A stretch of DNA of 64,000 nucleotides from Candidatus Ozemobacteraceae bacterium (lineage in GTDB: Bacteria > Muiribacteriota > Ozemobacteria > Ozemobacterales > Ozemobacteraceae). The number at the start of each line of letters is the position of its first letter. Within the stretch, counting starts at the first letter, position 1. Shown piece after piece: positions 1 through 9,400 of the stretch. Made by a program: the position numbers and the translations under genes. The notes under the pieces were generated by a model. The model was not told the origin of the DNA. It ran no database searches and saw only the letters and a list, made by a program, of their open reading frames with translations. The stretch is from positions 4,992,001 to 5,056,000 of the forward strand of contig OZ223236.1 in assembly GCA_965140445.1 (NCBI GenBank), written 5' to 3'.

Positions 1-1
1 T

Positions 2-2890
2 GAGGAGCAGGTATCAACAGTCCAAAATGTGGATGAGATTACTTCAATGTCTTTTGAAGGAATGTCTATGGTTACAGTTAAATTTGACTGGAATATAGAT
101 CTGGCAGAAGCAACCAATGATGTTCGTGACAAACTTGACCTTGTAGCTAAACGCCTCCCAGAAAAAGCCGAGACCCCAATGATTTTTAAATTCAACACCT
201 CTATGATTCCGGTAGTAATGCTCGGCGTTTCTGCAGATGAAAATTGGGAAAAACTGGACAAAATTGTTGATAAAAAAATCATTGATCCATTAAAAAGGGT
301 TCCAGGAGTAGCGACTGCGATCTCTCAAGGTGGAAGCAAAAGAGGCATTCTATGCCAGATAGACAGAGAAAGACTAAAAGCAACCGGACTAACCGGCAAT
401 GCAATTGTTAATATTTTAAGGAGTCAAAATCTAAACAACCCCGGCGGACACATCCGAAGCGGTAACTTTGACTATCTTGTTCGTACCCCGGAAGAATTTT
501 CGAACGTCTCGGAAATTGGTTCTGTAGTTGTCTCAAACAAATCCGGAATAGTAAGATTGCAAGACGTAGCAGAAATTGTAGATGGTTTTCTTGAAAAAAC
601 CAGTGAGTTTTTAATGAATGGCAAGCCCGCCATGGGAATTATGGTTCAAAAGCAATCAGGAGCTAACTCTGTGACGGTTTCCAGAGCTATTCTTGAAGAG
701 ATTCCAAAAATTCAGGCCAAACTTCCATCAGACGTTAAAATACATTTGTTTTTTGATACTGCAGATTTTATCCGTCACACCATCGCCAACCTTAAAAATG
801 CAGTAACAGTAGGAGGGATAGCTGTCTTTTGTGTTATTTTCTTTTTTTTAAGAGATATCAGAGCCAGTCTAATCGTCTGCACGACAATTCCAACATCTCT
901 TATAATTACTTTCCTTCTTATGTATATTGCAGGCTACACAATCAATCAAATTTCTTTATCCAGCCTGGCAATTGGAATAGGGATGGTAGTAGACAACTCC
1001 ATTGTAATAATGGACAACATAAAGCGCTATTTAGATCGCTCAGTGTCCAGCAAAGAAAGCGCTATATGGGGTGCTGCAGAAATGGCGAAGGCTGTAATTG
1101 CCTCTACGACCACAACAATTGCGATATTCCTTCCCATAATATTTACTTCGGGAATTACCCAGATAATGTTTGGACAGCTAGCATCAATCGTTAGCATGGC
1201 GCTGATAGCGTCTCTTTTCTCCGCATTAATGTTGTCACCAATGCTCTGCTCAAAATTTTTAAAACCTGCCTCGCAAGATAGTCATGGAAATCCAATTGTT
1301 AAACATAGTGCTTTTTTTAATAAGCTTGAAAACTTCTACGGCAGCCTTTTAGGAATGGTATTGGCCAATCGTGCAACAGTGCTGGGCATACTTTTTATCT
1401 TGTTTATTGGCTCCCTTGGGGCAATTAAGCTTGTGGGAACTGATTTCATTCCAGAGCAGGATCAGGGGCGCCTGGTCATAAATGTAGAGTTACCTACGGG
1501 CTCCAGATATGAAGAAACTGGCAAAGTAATTGATAAAATACAAGCCCTTATTAAAAACAATGTGCCAGAATTCAAATCTATGGTTGCGCGCTACGGAGTA
1601 AGTGAAGACAGCATGGCGGCGGTCATACTGGGCAATAAAGAGGGATCGCATACTGGACAAATAGAGCTGATGCTTGTCTCCAAAGCACAACGAAAACGTG
1701 GAATCCGCTCCATAATTGAGGCATTGCGACCAGAGTTGGAAAAAATCCCTGGGGCAATTGTCAGATTTGATACAAGTGACCCTCTTGGAAACATGATGGG
1801 GGGAGGTTCGGGAGGCTTTTCACTTAACATATACGGACATGACCTGGAAAAAGGAATAGAATACGCAAACACTCTAGTTGAAGCACTTAGAAAGGTGAAA
1901 GGTCTTAAGGATATTGAAACAAGCCAGCAGCTTGCCCAACCGGAGCTGCAGGTTATTGTTGATAGAGAAAAAGCTTCAAATTTTGGCCTAAATGTTACTG
2001 ATATCGGCAAAACAATTGAGCTTTATTTTAATGGGGATAACACTGTCAAATACCGAGAAGGTGGAGATGAATACGATGTGGAAGTTCGTTTTCGAGAATC
2101 AGACCGCGTTAAACTGAGCGATCTATCTCAGGTTCCAATTTCAACTCCAATGGGCTATAACGTAAATTTGAGTAACGTTGCAGATATAGTTCAAAATTTT
2201 GGGCCAACACGAATAGAACGCAACGAGCAGCAAAGATATATCCAGATCACAGGGCAGGTCTATGGCAGAGGTTCAGGAGAAGTTTCGGCAGACGCTGAGG
2301 TCGTTGTCAATTCGATTCCAGTTCCACCAGGCTTTCATTGGAAGTTTTCTGGAAATGAGCAAGAGCGACGTGAATCGTTTCTCCTGATGCTTCAAGCCGC
2401 CGGGCTTGGAATGATATTGGTTTACATGGTAATGGCTTCACAGTTTGAATCATTTCTTGCGCCTTTTATAATCTTTTTCAGCATCCCATTTGGTTTTATG
2501 GGCGCAATTTTGATACTTGCCTTTACTGGTTTTAGAATATCTATCGTATCTTTGTTGGGCTTCATTATTCTTATAGGAATTGTGGTTAATAACGGCATTG
2601 TTCTGGTTAGTTACATAAATATTCTGATTCAGAGGAATTATAAGCTTAAAAATGCTCTTGTAGAGGCTGGAAAAAGCCGACTAAGACCAGTTCTATCAAC
2701 CACTCTAACCACAATGCTAGGAATGCTGCCAATGGCACTGTCATCAGGCGAAGGATCGGAGATCTGGGTACCCCTGGCATTGAGTGTAATTGGAGGTTTG
2801 GCTGTTTCAACTGTTATGACACTAGTTTTAATGCCTATTCTATACAGCTTTTTCAGTCGAAGACTGGTCAAAGAGCTTCAGGAATCATAA
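2..2890 (+). CDS. RND (AcrB/AcrD/AcrF family) efflux permease, 5'-truncated by the window edge
   Basis: Frame is open from base 2 (EEQVSTVQNV...). Motifs: NDVRDK, GMVVDNSIV (TM4), ASQFES, GIVVNNGIV (TM10), SRLRPVLSTTLTT (TM11). Two porter/TM repeats. Confidence 0.95.
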   Translation, partial: EEQVSTVQNVDEITSMSFEGMSMVTVKFDWNIDLAEATNDVRDKLDLVAKRLPEKAETPMIFKFNTSMIPVVMLGVSADENWEKLDKIVDKKIIDPLKRVPGVATAISQGGSKRGILCQIDRERLKATGLTGNAIVNILRSQNLNNPGGHIRSGNFDYLVRTPEEFSNVSEIGSVVVSNKSGIVRLQDVAEIVDGFLEKTSEFLMNGKPAMGIMVQKQSGANSVTVSRAILEEIPKIQAKLPSDVKIHLFFDTADFIRHTIANLKNAVTVGGIAVFCVIFFFLRDIRASLIVCTTIPTSLIITFLLMYIAGYTINQISLSSLAIGIGMVVDNSIVIMDNIKRYLDRSVSSKESAIWGAAEMAKAVIASTTTTIAIFLPIIFTSGITQIMFGQLASIVSMALIASLFSALMLSPMLCSKFLKPASQDSHGNPIVKHSAFFNKLENFYGSLLGMVLANRATVLGILFILFIGSLGAIKLVGTDFIPEQDQGRLVINVELPTGSRYEETGKVIDKIQALIKNNVPEFKSMVARYGVSEDSMAAVILGNKEGSHTGQIELMLVSKAQRKRGIRSIIEALRPELEKIPGAIVRFDTSDPLGNMMGGGSGGFSLNIYGHDLEKGIEYANTLVEALRKVKGLKDIETSQQLAQPELQVIVDREKASNFGLNVTDIGKTIELYFNGDNTVKYREGGDEYDVEVRFRESDRVKLSDLSQVPISTPMGYNVNLSNVADIVQNFGPTRIERNEQQRYIQITGQVYGRGSGEVSADAEVVVNSIPVPPGFHWKFSGNEQERRESFLLMLQAAGLGMILVYMVMASQFESFLAPFIIFFSIPFGFMGAILILAFTGFRISIVSLLGFIILIGIVVNNGIVLVSYINILIQRNYKLKNALVEAGKSRLRPVLSTTLTTMLGMLPMALSSGEGSEIWVPLALSVIGGLAVSTVMTLVLMPILYSFFSRRLVKELQES

Positions 2891-2900
2891 GGAGTACAAA

Positions 2901-3191
2901 ATGGAACTTTTAATGATAATTTGCAGCTCAACCTTACGCGAAGACCTGCATAGACTAATGAAAGATAATGAAATTCAATATTTTACCCAGATCCCAGAAG
3001 TTTACGGCTCTGGAAAAGGCGGCGGGACTAAGTTAAACACTGATGTGTGGCCAGGAATAAACATGATCTACTTTATTACAACAGATTCAGACAAAGTTAG
3101 AGTTTTAAAGGAGTGGGCGAAAAAATACAAAGAAGCCGGAGTTCGAGAAGGTTTAAAGATATTTTCACTACAAATGAATGAGGTAATTTGA
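2901..3191 (+). CDS. Small P-II-like transporter-associated protein (PG0541-like)
   Basis: 96 aa with AAGGAG RBS, 10 bp after the RND stop. FTQIPEVYGSGKGGG...VWPGIN resembles a P-II T-loop/PG0541 pattern. Confidence 0.7.
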   Translation: MELLMIICSSTLREDLHRLMKDNEIQYFTQIPEVYGSGKGGGTKLNTDVWPGINMIYFITTDSDKVRVLKEWAKKYKEAGVREGLKIFSLQMNEVI

Positions 3192-3303
3192 TTTTAGCAG
3201 AACTGGCGTTCAGCCTATGATCGCCAGTTCTATTATTATCTTTATCAGCTGTATTGATTCATGATATAATCCAGCACTTAATTTAATACAAAGAAGCACC
3301 AAA

Positions 3304-4689
3304 ATGCACCACACAAAAGAACTCGAAAACGCACCCATCGGCAAGCTTCTAATAAAGCTTTCCATGCCCGCCATAGCTGGAACGGTTATTACCTCACTAT
3401 ACAACATTACGGATAGAATATTCCTTGGACGATTTGTTGGTGAGCATGGGATTGCAGCTACTACGGTCTCATTTCCATTAATGCTCATCATGATGGCGTT
3501 TGGCATGTTAATAGCCTTTGGAACCAATTCACAGATCTCTATTAGACTGGGTGAAAAAAAATACGAAGAAGCAGAAAAGCTACTAGGACAAGGAATTCTG
3601 CTATTTCTTGCTTTTTCTGTAGTGTTTACCGGAGCTTCTCTTTTCTTTCTTAAAGACCTTTTGAGATTTTTTGGTGCAAGCCCTTCCATAATGCCTCATG
3701 CAACGGAGTATTTATCTATTGTGCTTATAGGAACTCTCCCTCATGAAATATCATTCGGAGTAAATAGCTTTATCCGAGGAGAGGGAAACTCCAAAACTGC
3801 CATGTATACCATGGTTATTGGCGGAGTATTGAACATTATTCTCGACTACCTTTTTATCGTAAAATTTGGTTGGGGAATGAAAGGCGCAGCATGGGCAACA
3901 GTAATTGGTTACAGCGTCTCGGCATTCTGGGTTTTGCAATATTACTGGAGTGGCAAAAGCACGGTTAAACTTAAACTTGCGAATTTAAGTTATAAATGGA
4001 ATTCAGTTAAAACCGTTCTACAAATGGGTTCACCCCATTTTATTATGAATCTTATTTCAAGCGTGCAATTCTCACTTTTCAACAACCAGTTGGGAAAGTT
4101 TGGTGGCGATCAGGCTATTTCAGTTATGGGTGTTATAATGAGCTTCAATATGCTGTGGCTCATGCCAATCATTGGAATATCCCAGGGATTACAGCCAATT
4201 GCAGGATATAATCATGGTGCGGGAAAGCCGGATAGAGTAAAAAGTTCATTGCTAATGGCAATTGGTGTAGCAACAGTATTTTGCCTTTTCTTTTATGCAT
4301 TTGTTTATGCATATCCGGAGCTAATTTTTTCAGTATTTGTAAAAGATGGAGCAAAAGACTTCCTGGCAATGGGCTCAAATGCGATAAAAAACTTTCTTCT
4401 TGTTCTTCCAATCGTTGGTTATCTGGTTATTGGCGGGAACTACTTTCAGTTTATTGGACGACCAAAAGTCAGCTTAACTTTGACCATCTTCAGACAAGTG
4501 GTTTGTTTAATTCCTGCCATTATATTTCTGCCTCAAATATGGGGGTTAAATGGAATTTGGCGGGCAATGCCAGCATCTGACATCGGTGCAATGGCTATGA
4601 CCAGTTTTTTCTTTTTTCGAGAGCTTAAAAGGCTGAATTCTGAAATATTAAAAAAAGATGCCCCAAATGACGTAAAGCAAAATCATTAA
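3304..4689 (+). CDS. MATE family efflux transporter (MepA-like)
   Basis: PIGKLLIKLSMPA, LYNITDRIFLG, RGEGNSK, NIILDYLFI, GAAWAT, GLQPIAGYNHGA; about 12 hydrophobic segments. Confidence 0.95.
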   Translation: MHHTKELENAPIGKLLIKLSMPAIAGTVITSLYNITDRIFLGRFVGEHGIAATTVSFPLMLIMMAFGMLIAFGTNSQISIRLGEKKYEEAEKLLGQGILLFLAFSVVFTGASLFFLKDLLRFFGASPSIMPHATEYLSIVLIGTLPHEISFGVNSFIRGEGNSKTAMYTMVIGGVLNIILDYLFIVKFGWGMKGAAWATVIGYSVSAFWVLQYYWSGKSTVKLKLANLSYKWNSVKTVLQMGSPHFIMNLISSVQFSLFNNQLGKFGGDQAISVMGVIMSFNMLWLMPIIGISQGLQPIAGYNHGAGKPDRVKSSLLMAIGVATVFCLFFYAFVYAYPELIFSVFVKDGAKDFLAMGSNAIKNFLLVLPIVGYLVIGGNYFQFIGRPKVSLTLTIFRQVVCLIPAIIFLPQIWGLNGIWRAMPASDIGAMAMTSFFFFRELKRLNSEILKKDAPNDVKQNH

Positions 4690-5499
4690 TGTTGAGCCTA
4701 AAACAACAATATTGTGAGCTATAGAAGACCTTAATTTATCATTCTTCAATTCAATGAAGCTAACTCCTGAATAAACAGCATAAGCCAGTCCTACAGCGAA
4801 AGGAACCTGAAAAAGCACAAATCCCCGACCTGGATTCGCAATAAAGTGAATCCCGGCAGAGATTATTACCCCGGCAAAAAACACTCCAAGACCAGTCATA
4901 ATTCCATGCTTACAATTCTGAATCATAATCGCCTTTGTATCAGGTGATCTTTCTGCAAAATCCAGAGCCTGGGAAGCTAAGGTACCAGTTATTTTTGATT
5001 TCATTAATGATTGAAGAACCCTTGCACGTTTTGCCTTTTTCTTCTTTTCGTCAAATTCACTCATATACCCAGCCACCATTTCAAAAAGCATCTGTAAACC
5101 TTGCTCACCAAGAGCATCTCTCATAAATCGCTTTGTTGCGACTGGTAAATCTTCTTTGCGAATATTAACCTGGCTTTTTTGGGAAGACTGGGACTTGCTT
5201 GTCAATGGAGCTCTTGCCACAGATGGAGCTGGTCTTTGAGTTGTCTGATTCTCAGGATTTATGGCAGTAGCGGGAGCACTATCCTGTAAGCTTTCTTTTT
5301 TTTCACTGCCCACTGCTGGGAAATCAGAAGAAGCGCCATGCTTTGAGCCAACTCCAAGAATCTTGTATGTAGGTTGTTTTTCCTGCTCTATACCGGTCTT
5401 ATTGAGAGTGCCACAGGAAACACATTTAATCATAGGCTGCTCATATCCCTGTGGAATAGAGATTTCAGCAGCGCATTGTTCGCAAATTATTCCAGCCAT
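4648..5499 (-). CDS. Membrane protein with N-terminal zinc ribbon, function unknown
   Basis: CEQC...CVSC at the N-terminus, low-complexity S/P/Q linker, three C-terminal TM helices. GAGGAG RBS upstream. Confidence 0.75.
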   Translation of the reverse strand: MAGIICEQCAAEISIPQGYEQPMIKCVSCGTLNKTGIEQEKQPTYKILGVGSKHGASSDFPAVGSEKKESLQDSAPATAINPENQTTQRPAPSVARAPLTSKSQSSQKSQVNIRKEDLPVATKRFMRDALGEQGLQMLFEMVAGYMSEFDEKKKKAKRARVLQSLMKSKITGTLASQALDFAERSPDTKAIMIQNCKHGIMTGLGVFFAGVIISAGIHFIANPGRGFVLFQVPFAVGLAYAVYSGVSFIELKNDKLRSSIAHNIVVLGSTLMILLYVIWGIFF

Positions 5500-5616
5500 A
5501 AAAGACTCCTCTTATCAAACTATTATAACTCAAATTTTGTTAACTGGAAATTTCATTAACTTGACCCACAACATTGAGGCTATTAAGATGTAACAAATTC
5601 TGGCTTTTGGTGCAAA

Positions 5617-6414
5617 ATGGCAAAAAAAGAACGACTTGATAAATTAGTAGTTGAACAGGGTCTGGCGGTAGATATAGATCGCGCCAGACGATTAATTCTT
5701 GCAGGAGAAATAAGAACTGGTGACAGGCTTTGGGATAAAGCCGGAGAAAAAATTCCTGTAGAAACCATCCTTGAGCTTAAGCAAAAGGTTTGTCAATTTG
5801 TCTCAAAAGGTGGATTGAAGCTGGAAAGGGCAATCCAGGAATTTGGAATTGACGTAAAAAACTGTCGATGCATAGATATTGGAGCTTCCACAGGCGGTTT
5901 TACTCATGTCCTGTTACTTTCGGGTGCAAAAGAAGTTGTTGCTGTTGATGTTGGTTACGGGCTGCTTGATCAAAAATTATGCAACAATGATAAAGTAATA
6001 GTTTTTGATCGTACCAACTTTAAAAATACGTCTTCCGATCATTTTGGCGCCCCTTTTGACATTGCTGTTGCCGACGTTTCATTCATCTCATTGCGTTCAA
6101 TAATCCCCCATGCATCCACGATGCTAACTGAGACTGGCTTTTTTGTGGGTTTGATAAAACCTCAATTTGAAGCAAAAAAAGATCAGGTCCCTGAAGGCGG
6201 AGTTATAAAAAATCCTGAAATACAGATAGAAGTAATAGAGAAACTTTCAAATGACATCGCTGAGCAATGCGACCTCAGACTGACCAAATTGGCCCCAGTT
6301 CCTTTAATAAGCAGGAAAAAGAATATTGAGTTTGTATCAATGTGGGAAAAAAATTCAAAATCAATTTCAATCGAAAATATAAGAGATATTGTTAATCTGT
6401 CTCACAAACGCTAG
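5617..6414 (+). CDS. tlyA: TlyA family rRNA (cytidine-2'-O)-methyltransferase
   Basis: S4-like N-terminus (KERLDKLVVEQGL), then FVSKGGLKL, DIGASTGGFT, AVDVG, DVSFIS, IKPQFE, NIEF. Confidence 0.93.
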   Translation: MAKKERLDKLVVEQGLAVDIDRARRLILAGEIRTGDRLWDKAGEKIPVETILELKQKVCQFVSKGGLKLERAIQEFGIDVKNCRCIDIGASTGGFTHVLLLSGAKEVVAVDVGYGLLDQKLCNNDKVIVFDRTNFKNTSSDHFGAPFDIAVADVSFISLRSIIPHASTMLTETGFFVGLIKPQFEAKKDQVPEGGVIKNPEIQIEVIEKLSNDIAEQCDLRLTKLAPVPLISRKKNIEFVSMWEKNSKSISIENIRDIVNLSHKR

Positions 6415-6425
6415 TTCCGCTCCAT

Positions 6426-9400
6426 TTACTTCAGGGCCTGTTTCTTTAAAATTAAAAACCAGCGGTTAAAAATTGCAAGGCAAGCCTCTATTCTACCAAT
6501 ATCAAGACTAGTATTTGCAATACTCAGTTTTGATGAAAGATTCACCAGGAATTCGGAATTGAATTCAACGCCCAGTCTATCGAAAATCAATGAAAGTTCT
6601 GCCACATCATCTATCGAGATTCCGCATTCAAGGGTTTCTAGCAGCGGTTTAACTTCAATACTAATTTTCCCGACCAATTCATAACATCCAGAAATTTCTT
6701 CATTGATACAAGCTTCTAATTCAGCTTTCCAGGCCAAAGGATCTTCGAAATCTTTGATTGTCTTTTTACAATCAAGAAATTTATTCAAAACTTTGTATAT
6801 CTTCACGGCTTCAACTGGCTTGTAAATTAAATCATCGAATATATCTGAATAGTTGACTGGGGACTCTCCCTTTATAGAAGCAGTTACAGCAACAATTGGA
6901 GTTTCATTATTTTTATCAAGTTTTCGAATTTTTAGTGCAGTTTGAACTCCATCCATTTCAGCCATTCTTATGTCCATTAATATCAAATCTGGCTTTTCTG
7001 CTTTATATTTCTCAATTGCTTCAAAACCGCTGGCGGCTAATATTGGAGTAATACTTACCGGTTTTAAAATTTCGCATAACACATCTCTATTATTTTTGAC
7101 ATCATCGACGACCAAAACTTTTTCATGATTAAATTCATATGCAGTATCTCTATCAACTCTGGAAATTTGTAAGTCCTCAATTTTATTAGAATACTTCACC
7201 CCAGGAAGAATTACCTTAAAATGGCTTCCTTTTCCAGGAGAGCTCTTAACCGAGATTTTTCCCCCAAGCAGATCAATCAAACGTCCGGTAATAGCCAATC
7301 CTAAGCCCGTTCCACCAAACTTTCTTGTATCATGCCCCTCATGCTGTTCGAACGGAGAAAAAATTCTTTCCTGCTGATCTTCCTCTATACCAATCCCAGT
7401 ATCAGAAACGGATATAACAAAATCCAAAGTTTCTTCAGTCTTGTTTTCCTCAGAAAATTCAATCTTTATCTCTCCGATCTCAGTAAATTTGACTGCATTA
7501 CCAACAAGATTCATTAGAATTTGTCTCAACCTTACCTCGTCACTAAACAAAACCTGGGGAAAATCATGATTAATCTTACAAATAAAGTCTATTTCTTTCT
7601 GTTCTGCTTTTAATTTAAAGATATTTTTTATTTCCTTAATCAATAATTCAGGACTCAAAGCAGATACATTAATCTTAAGCTTTCCAGCTTCAATTTTTGA
7701 AAGATCTAAAATATCATTTATTAATGTGAGCAGAGACTTTCCAGCAGAGCTAATTGCTGTGGCAAAATTAACCAGTCTTGCTTCCTTAAGCTGAGTTTCC
7801 ATTAAATTACTAAAACCAATTACAGCATTTAGCGGTGTTCTTATTTCATGTGACATATTGGCAAGAAATTCACTCTTAGCCATGTTAGCCTTTTCAGCAA
7901 TTTCCTTTGCCTTTTCTGCATCAATTCGTGCTTTCTTAACTTCCAACAAGCTTTTCTTTCTTTCCGTAACATCAGAAATAGTTTCGACACAGCCAATCAG
8001 AAAACCTTCAGAATCAAAAACAGGAGAAGCGTTCAGCTGATAGAACCCCCCTCTAAATTCCATTTCCTCACCAACCTGGCTGCCAATTGTAATTGCACCT
8101 TTGATTACATTCAAAAAAGCTTCATTTTCGCCCTTTAATAATTCCTTAAAGCTAAGTCCTTTTGGAATGTTCCTGTCAGAAATTCCTAGAATATTTTCAA
8201 ATCTAGCGTTTGCCCAAACAATTTTTAGTTCGTAATCAACGAAACAAATTCCATCCACAACATTGTCGAGAATAACTGACTTCTCTCGTTCCGAAGAAAT
8301 TAAAGCCAATTCATTGTCCTTTTTATCAGAAACGTCCTGCAAAGTACCAAAGAGTTGGATCAAATGACCTTTCTTATCAAACTCGGCCTTACCAAGATCG
8401 TGCACATATCTTTCGTCGCCATCTGGCAATAAAATCCTATGGCTCATTTCAAATGCAACGCCATCCTCTTTGGCCCGCTTCCATCTCTCATCATACTCTT
8501 CAAGTTCAGTCTCAGGTATTAACTCTCTTAAGCTAGAAGAGTTTGGAATAAACGTTTCAATTGGTTTCTGACAAATTCTGTATAGTTCTCTCGACCATTC
8601 AACTCTTCCAGTTCTAACATCGACAAACCAATGACCAATCTGACCCAACCTTTGAGCATCCTCAAGCAAAAGTTGATTTCTTCTTAGAAGCTCCTCAACC
8701 AGCTTGCGCTCATGAATATCCTGGTGGAGACCATGGATTTTTATTGGAGTGCCAGATTCGTCCCATTTGAAAATAGTGCCCTTGGTCATCATCCAACGCC
8801 AGCCGCTCTGTGTGTTAAATCTAAACTCGGCTTCATATTGCTCTTTCTGGCCGGTCAAATATTCTTCTCTGGCTTTAACAACCAAAAGTTGATCATCAGG
8901 ATGAATATGCTTCATTAAAAGATCAATTGGAAACTCTTTCCCTGTTCTATTTTCAAATCCAGTTAATTTGTACCATGAATCCGATGGCTCAAACTCACCA
9001 CTAAGGACATCTAAAGTCCAGCTTCCTGCGCCAGCAACGTCTAACGCAAGCTTTAATCTCTCGGCCTCGTTTCTTATGAGACGATCATAGGCTTTTCTTT
9101 CACTTATGTTTCTGGCGACAGAAATAATTCTCTTCTTATCACCAAAATCAACCAGTCTGGATACTATCTCATATGGCATAGCTCCAGATTTTCCGCACTG
9201 GAATTCTGTTTCAAAGAAACTTGGAATCTCGGTTTCCAAAAGCCTTTCAAAATTTTCCATCAATTCAGGAAACTTTCTTGGGCAAATTGCACTCCATCCC
9301 TTACTCTTTATAGTCTCAGAGCTCAAACCTAACTCAGTCTCTGCCAATTTATTAAACTCAATAATTTTGGTTTCACCATCCAATAACTCATGGAGAATTG

